From positions 6,696,001-6,760,000 of the forward strand of contig CM068750.1 of assembly GCA_035084275.1 (NCBI GenBank): 64,000 nt of DNA. Reading direction: 5' to 3'. Numbering within the stretch: position 1 is the first letter of the stretch; the number at the start of each line of letters is the position of its first letter. This stretch comes from Hydrolagus colliei. Lineage: Eukaryota. The notes below the pieces were generated by a model, which did no database searches, was not told the DNA's origin, and saw nothing but the letters and a program-made list of their open reading frames with translations. Positions 60,350-64,000 of the stretch are shown piece by piece. Position numbers and translations under genes: made by a program.

Positions 60350-61110
60350 ATTGTTGCCAACAACATCAAAATGGCATTTGTATAGCGCCTTTCGGGTGGG
60401 GAGGACGTCAAGTGCAGTGACTGTGTGTTTGTAGGCAAATGTGGCAGCCGTGTGGCACAGAGCACGTATCAAAAGAAACCATGAATGACCAGGTTAATTG
60501 AGGATTGTTAATCAGGACACCAGAGAATTTCCCTTTTCTTTTCAACTAATTTTATATGGGATCTTTATAACAACAACAAGAACAACAAAATGACATTTGT
60601 ATAGCATGGCATTTCAGGAGGAGTCCCAAGGCGCCCATCTACACAAGACACAAATGGACCAACCCTTGGTTTAATGTCTCATATGTGGAATTCTGTCGCT
60701 CAGTAGTTAGAACACTCGCCTTGCATGTGATTCCCAGCAGGGCGAAACCTTGGGCAAGTTTCCTTACTTCATACGCCTGATAATAATCCCTCAAGAATAA
60801 ACAAACAATAATAAATTGGTGATTTCAATCCACAACTGTTAGTGAAACTCTGCTGTATGCAATCGACTGCCACATTACACCCACAAATATACAGTCAATT
60901 CATTTTACAGTATATTCTGTGAGGTGTTTTGAGACATCTAGATGATGTGAAAAGTGCTATATCAAAAGCAAGTTTTTCAAAATATACTGAAATAGCACTT
61001 CAGACAATGGAGCATTCCCATCTACTTCACATAATCTCAAGCCCAACAAGTGTCTTGAACCTATAACTTTGAAACCTGGAGAAGAGAATGTTACCAACCT
61101 AGCCAAACTG
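60350..61110. mobile_element. old minus-strand DeuSINE interrupted by an L2-type tail and a plus-strand tRNA SINE (60686-60975)
   Basis: Deu pieces resume on both sides of the younger insertion. Confidence 0.65.
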
Positions 61111-61935
61111 ACACCTTATTTTCTCACTTTGCTCTTGAACAAGCTGGCTGGCGCAGTTCTTAATCAGCAGAGGATATCACAAAGGTTCAGAGTGACCTGG
61201 ACATTATGAATCCTTTAAAGCAAGGCAACTGTTTTGGGTTGATATATCCTTTTATTTAAAAAAAAGAACGGATCTCCACCCTTTTCATCTCCTCACTTCT
61301 GCTGCCTGTGGGTGGGCAAGCATTGAATCTGACCATGTAATTTTCATTGGCTGACTCTTAGAGTTCTCCAATGTTATTATAACCATGTAAGCATTAAACC
61401 CAGGCAAGAATCTGGAATGGGTGGGATAAGGACTTTAGAAGTGCTATTATTAAGGTCATTACGTCCCAGATTAAGTTTGAAATTGAAGGTCATGAGTGTT
61501 CACAGACAGTATTACTTACTTGAATTTAAAAAGTTTGAGAAAATATGGAAGGGAGTTCATTGTAAAATAAATTATGCAGAAAATGTCAGAACTAATACAA
61601 CATAACTTCATCACGTGGAAGATATTCTCCATAGTACATGTGTGTCTGTTCTATGTCTTTGTTTATTGGAAGGTTGAAATGACATTATTTTTCATTTATC
61701 ATTATACTGTATTTTATCAGAAAATTCTCCAGGTTGATCATTGAATAACAAAAACAGCTTGCATTTATATAGCTCTGCACGCCTGGCGGTGTCTCAGAAT
61801 GCTTAACATACTAATGGTTCACCCAACAGTGTTTTCAAAGCCAAATTCCAGCTTCTATTAAGAAATTGGCTAATTTATTTGTTTTTTTTCTACTCATTCT
61901 GTTCAGCTCTTAATGACTATTAAACGTAGCTGTAT

Positions 61936-62090
61936 CATAGGAACAGGAAGGGGTCATTCAGCCCTTTGAGCCTGTTTCACCATTTGATTAAATCATGGGT
62001 AATCTGCACCTCAACTGATCTTTTCAATTCCAATTTCCCACTTTCTCCCCATATCCCTTAATATCCTGACCTACCAAAAATACTGTCCAA
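61936..62090 (-). mobile_element. CR1-type LINE 3' end
   Basis: paralog of 2960-3115. Confidence 0.7.
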
Positions 62091-64000
62091 TATCACGTAA
62101 AACTCAGCATTTCTCCAGACAATAGTAACCAAGCTTGAAATATGCGGATACCTTTAATTATCTGACATATCTGGATGTTCTGCCCAAACAAATATTTTCT
62201 CAGCTACATTCGGTATCACTACTACTAAGTAAACACTGTCACTGTATTGGGGAACAAAGCACAGCAGCATACACAGTTTGGCTAAAGGGCAGGATTGTCT
62301 AATTATCTGTAAAAAAATCTTTGATTCTTAGTCAGATAACTTGATATTTACATATTTTGGAAAATAAATCACCAAGTATTCATGGCTGAGATGAATTGAC
62401 ACAGAAAGAGACAATAGCTGGTGATGTCTTCGTGCCAGGGGTAAGTGGCAGTATGTTAAATTGGATAATTATCATGGATATTTATCTACGGTATCTAATA
62501 TGGAAAGAAAGACCTTGTTAACTGTTATGTACTTGGCCAATACCAATGCAGGGATTAAGTGAAGACTTCCCAAGTGTGAAACACATCCCATTGTTTCAAG
62601 GCTAATCATGCTTGTGATTATTTTAGTTTTTGTACATCTTTGGCAGGAAATGTTAAATCGCTTCAAATGTGGAGTGTGACCTTGTGAATTGTGATTTCTC
62701 CTAATGGGTAGGAAACTCATGCTGATCTTAGTGGGTGAGAAGGAAAGCTATTTCTATTGAAAGATATCCTTCCTGTGAACACATATTGCGGAACAAATTT
62801 GTCGTGAAATGAACCCAACGACTGCAATGAGCAAGAAAAAGCAGCAGCAATGTGACAGATGTGAACCAATAATATATAATGTACATGTGAGTGGCTCTCC
62901 AAATAAATTTTGAGCTTGAAGGTTAAACTGTATCAAAATATTATATTGATACAAAACTGCTCTTTAAAGACTGTCAACACTGAGAGCACATAACAAATGA
63001 ACCCACAGACTTGATGCTATACTCTCTGTTAACCGCCACCCACCCCCAAGCATTTATTGATTTGCGACTGTTCCATTTAAAGCTATATTTCTGCCTGTAC
63101 ATACACAAACTTTAAGGCAAACTTCAAACAATTTGACTTAAATGTACGGAACAATTTACTATTCATTTACTAATAATGATGCAGATTTCTCTTCTGGATT
63201 TTGAGCATTTCAAACTAGTGGCTAGCGTTCTTCTTAAAACAGACTGTGTTCACTCCAATGAATGGAGGGATGAGATTGGAACATTTTAACAGATAGCAGA
63301 AAAAGATGCTTTAAATTAGCTGAACTCCTTTGCGTGTAAGTGGATTAAATTTCTCCTAGTACTGCTTGCAATTCTGCCCCCTTGTGAGAGGACATTCAAA
63401 TTGTAAGTGTACATTCAGCACAGCTTTGCAAATAGCAAAGGAGACCATTTCTAATGTAATCATCACTGCAAATCATGGGCTGACATTCCCTCTGTGGCTA
63501 CTTTTAATAACATCATCAAGGCAAATAGGCAAAATGTTATGAGATCATGCTAACAGATGTTTTTCTGATATGTCTTCTTGGAAATTGGTGTAAAATGGGG
63601 GCGAGGAGAATAGTTTATCCTTATTAAAGATTATTATGTCTTATTAAAATTGATTAAAAAGGAAGTCACTTAGGATTATACAAGGAATCTAATTACACCA
63701 CAAATGTGCCTTCTCACACCAAGAGTAGAAGAGTTGAGGTTTATATCATTTGATTTGCATTGAACGGGTCTTGCAGGTTTTTTAAAACAATCTAATAATG
63801 CTTCAATGTTGCACTCAACTATATTCATAATCCTCATATCATAATCTTTCACACAAATGTCAGAACATCTCAAAGCAAAGTAGTGTGTATAGTGTCAAGT
63901 GTAGTGATTGGGTATTTTGTAGGCAAACATTTGGGGGAATGTTGGTTAGGACACTGGGTGAAAGTTACTTCTTTTTGATATTGAAATCATGTGATTGTCA

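Noticed and set aside
52130-64000. Further protein-coding exons upstream of NID2
   Set aside because: Only short random ORFs and repeat fragments; no recognisable protein similarity

Overview
Vertebrate genomic DNA, most likely a cartilaginous fish. The tRNA-head/Deu-type SINEs with L2-like tails and the shark-type CR1 ends suggest a chimaera such as Callorhinchus; this is inference. The window holds the conserved syntenic block GNG2(+) - RTRAF/C14orf166(+) - NID2(-), followed by about 12.5 kb of repeat-rich intergenic DNA. All coding exons could be traced with GT-AG boundaries and consistent phases: GNG2 71 aa, RTRAF 241 aa, NID2 about 1589 aa without the stop-containing exon. The unusual biology is in NID2. 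(i) Six tandem thyroglobulin type-1 (TY) exon copies show stages of birth and death: four intact, one with a single TGG>TAG at the invariant Trp, and one eroded relic. (ii) Two RGD motifs sit in TY modules, one in a predicted disulfide-closed CRGDRVC loop. (iii) The G1-G2 linker carries an about 18-unit 24-bp coding repeat (PETHRERL)n. (iv) One rod EGF exon appears to be missing. Most ORFs in the supplied track are spurious.
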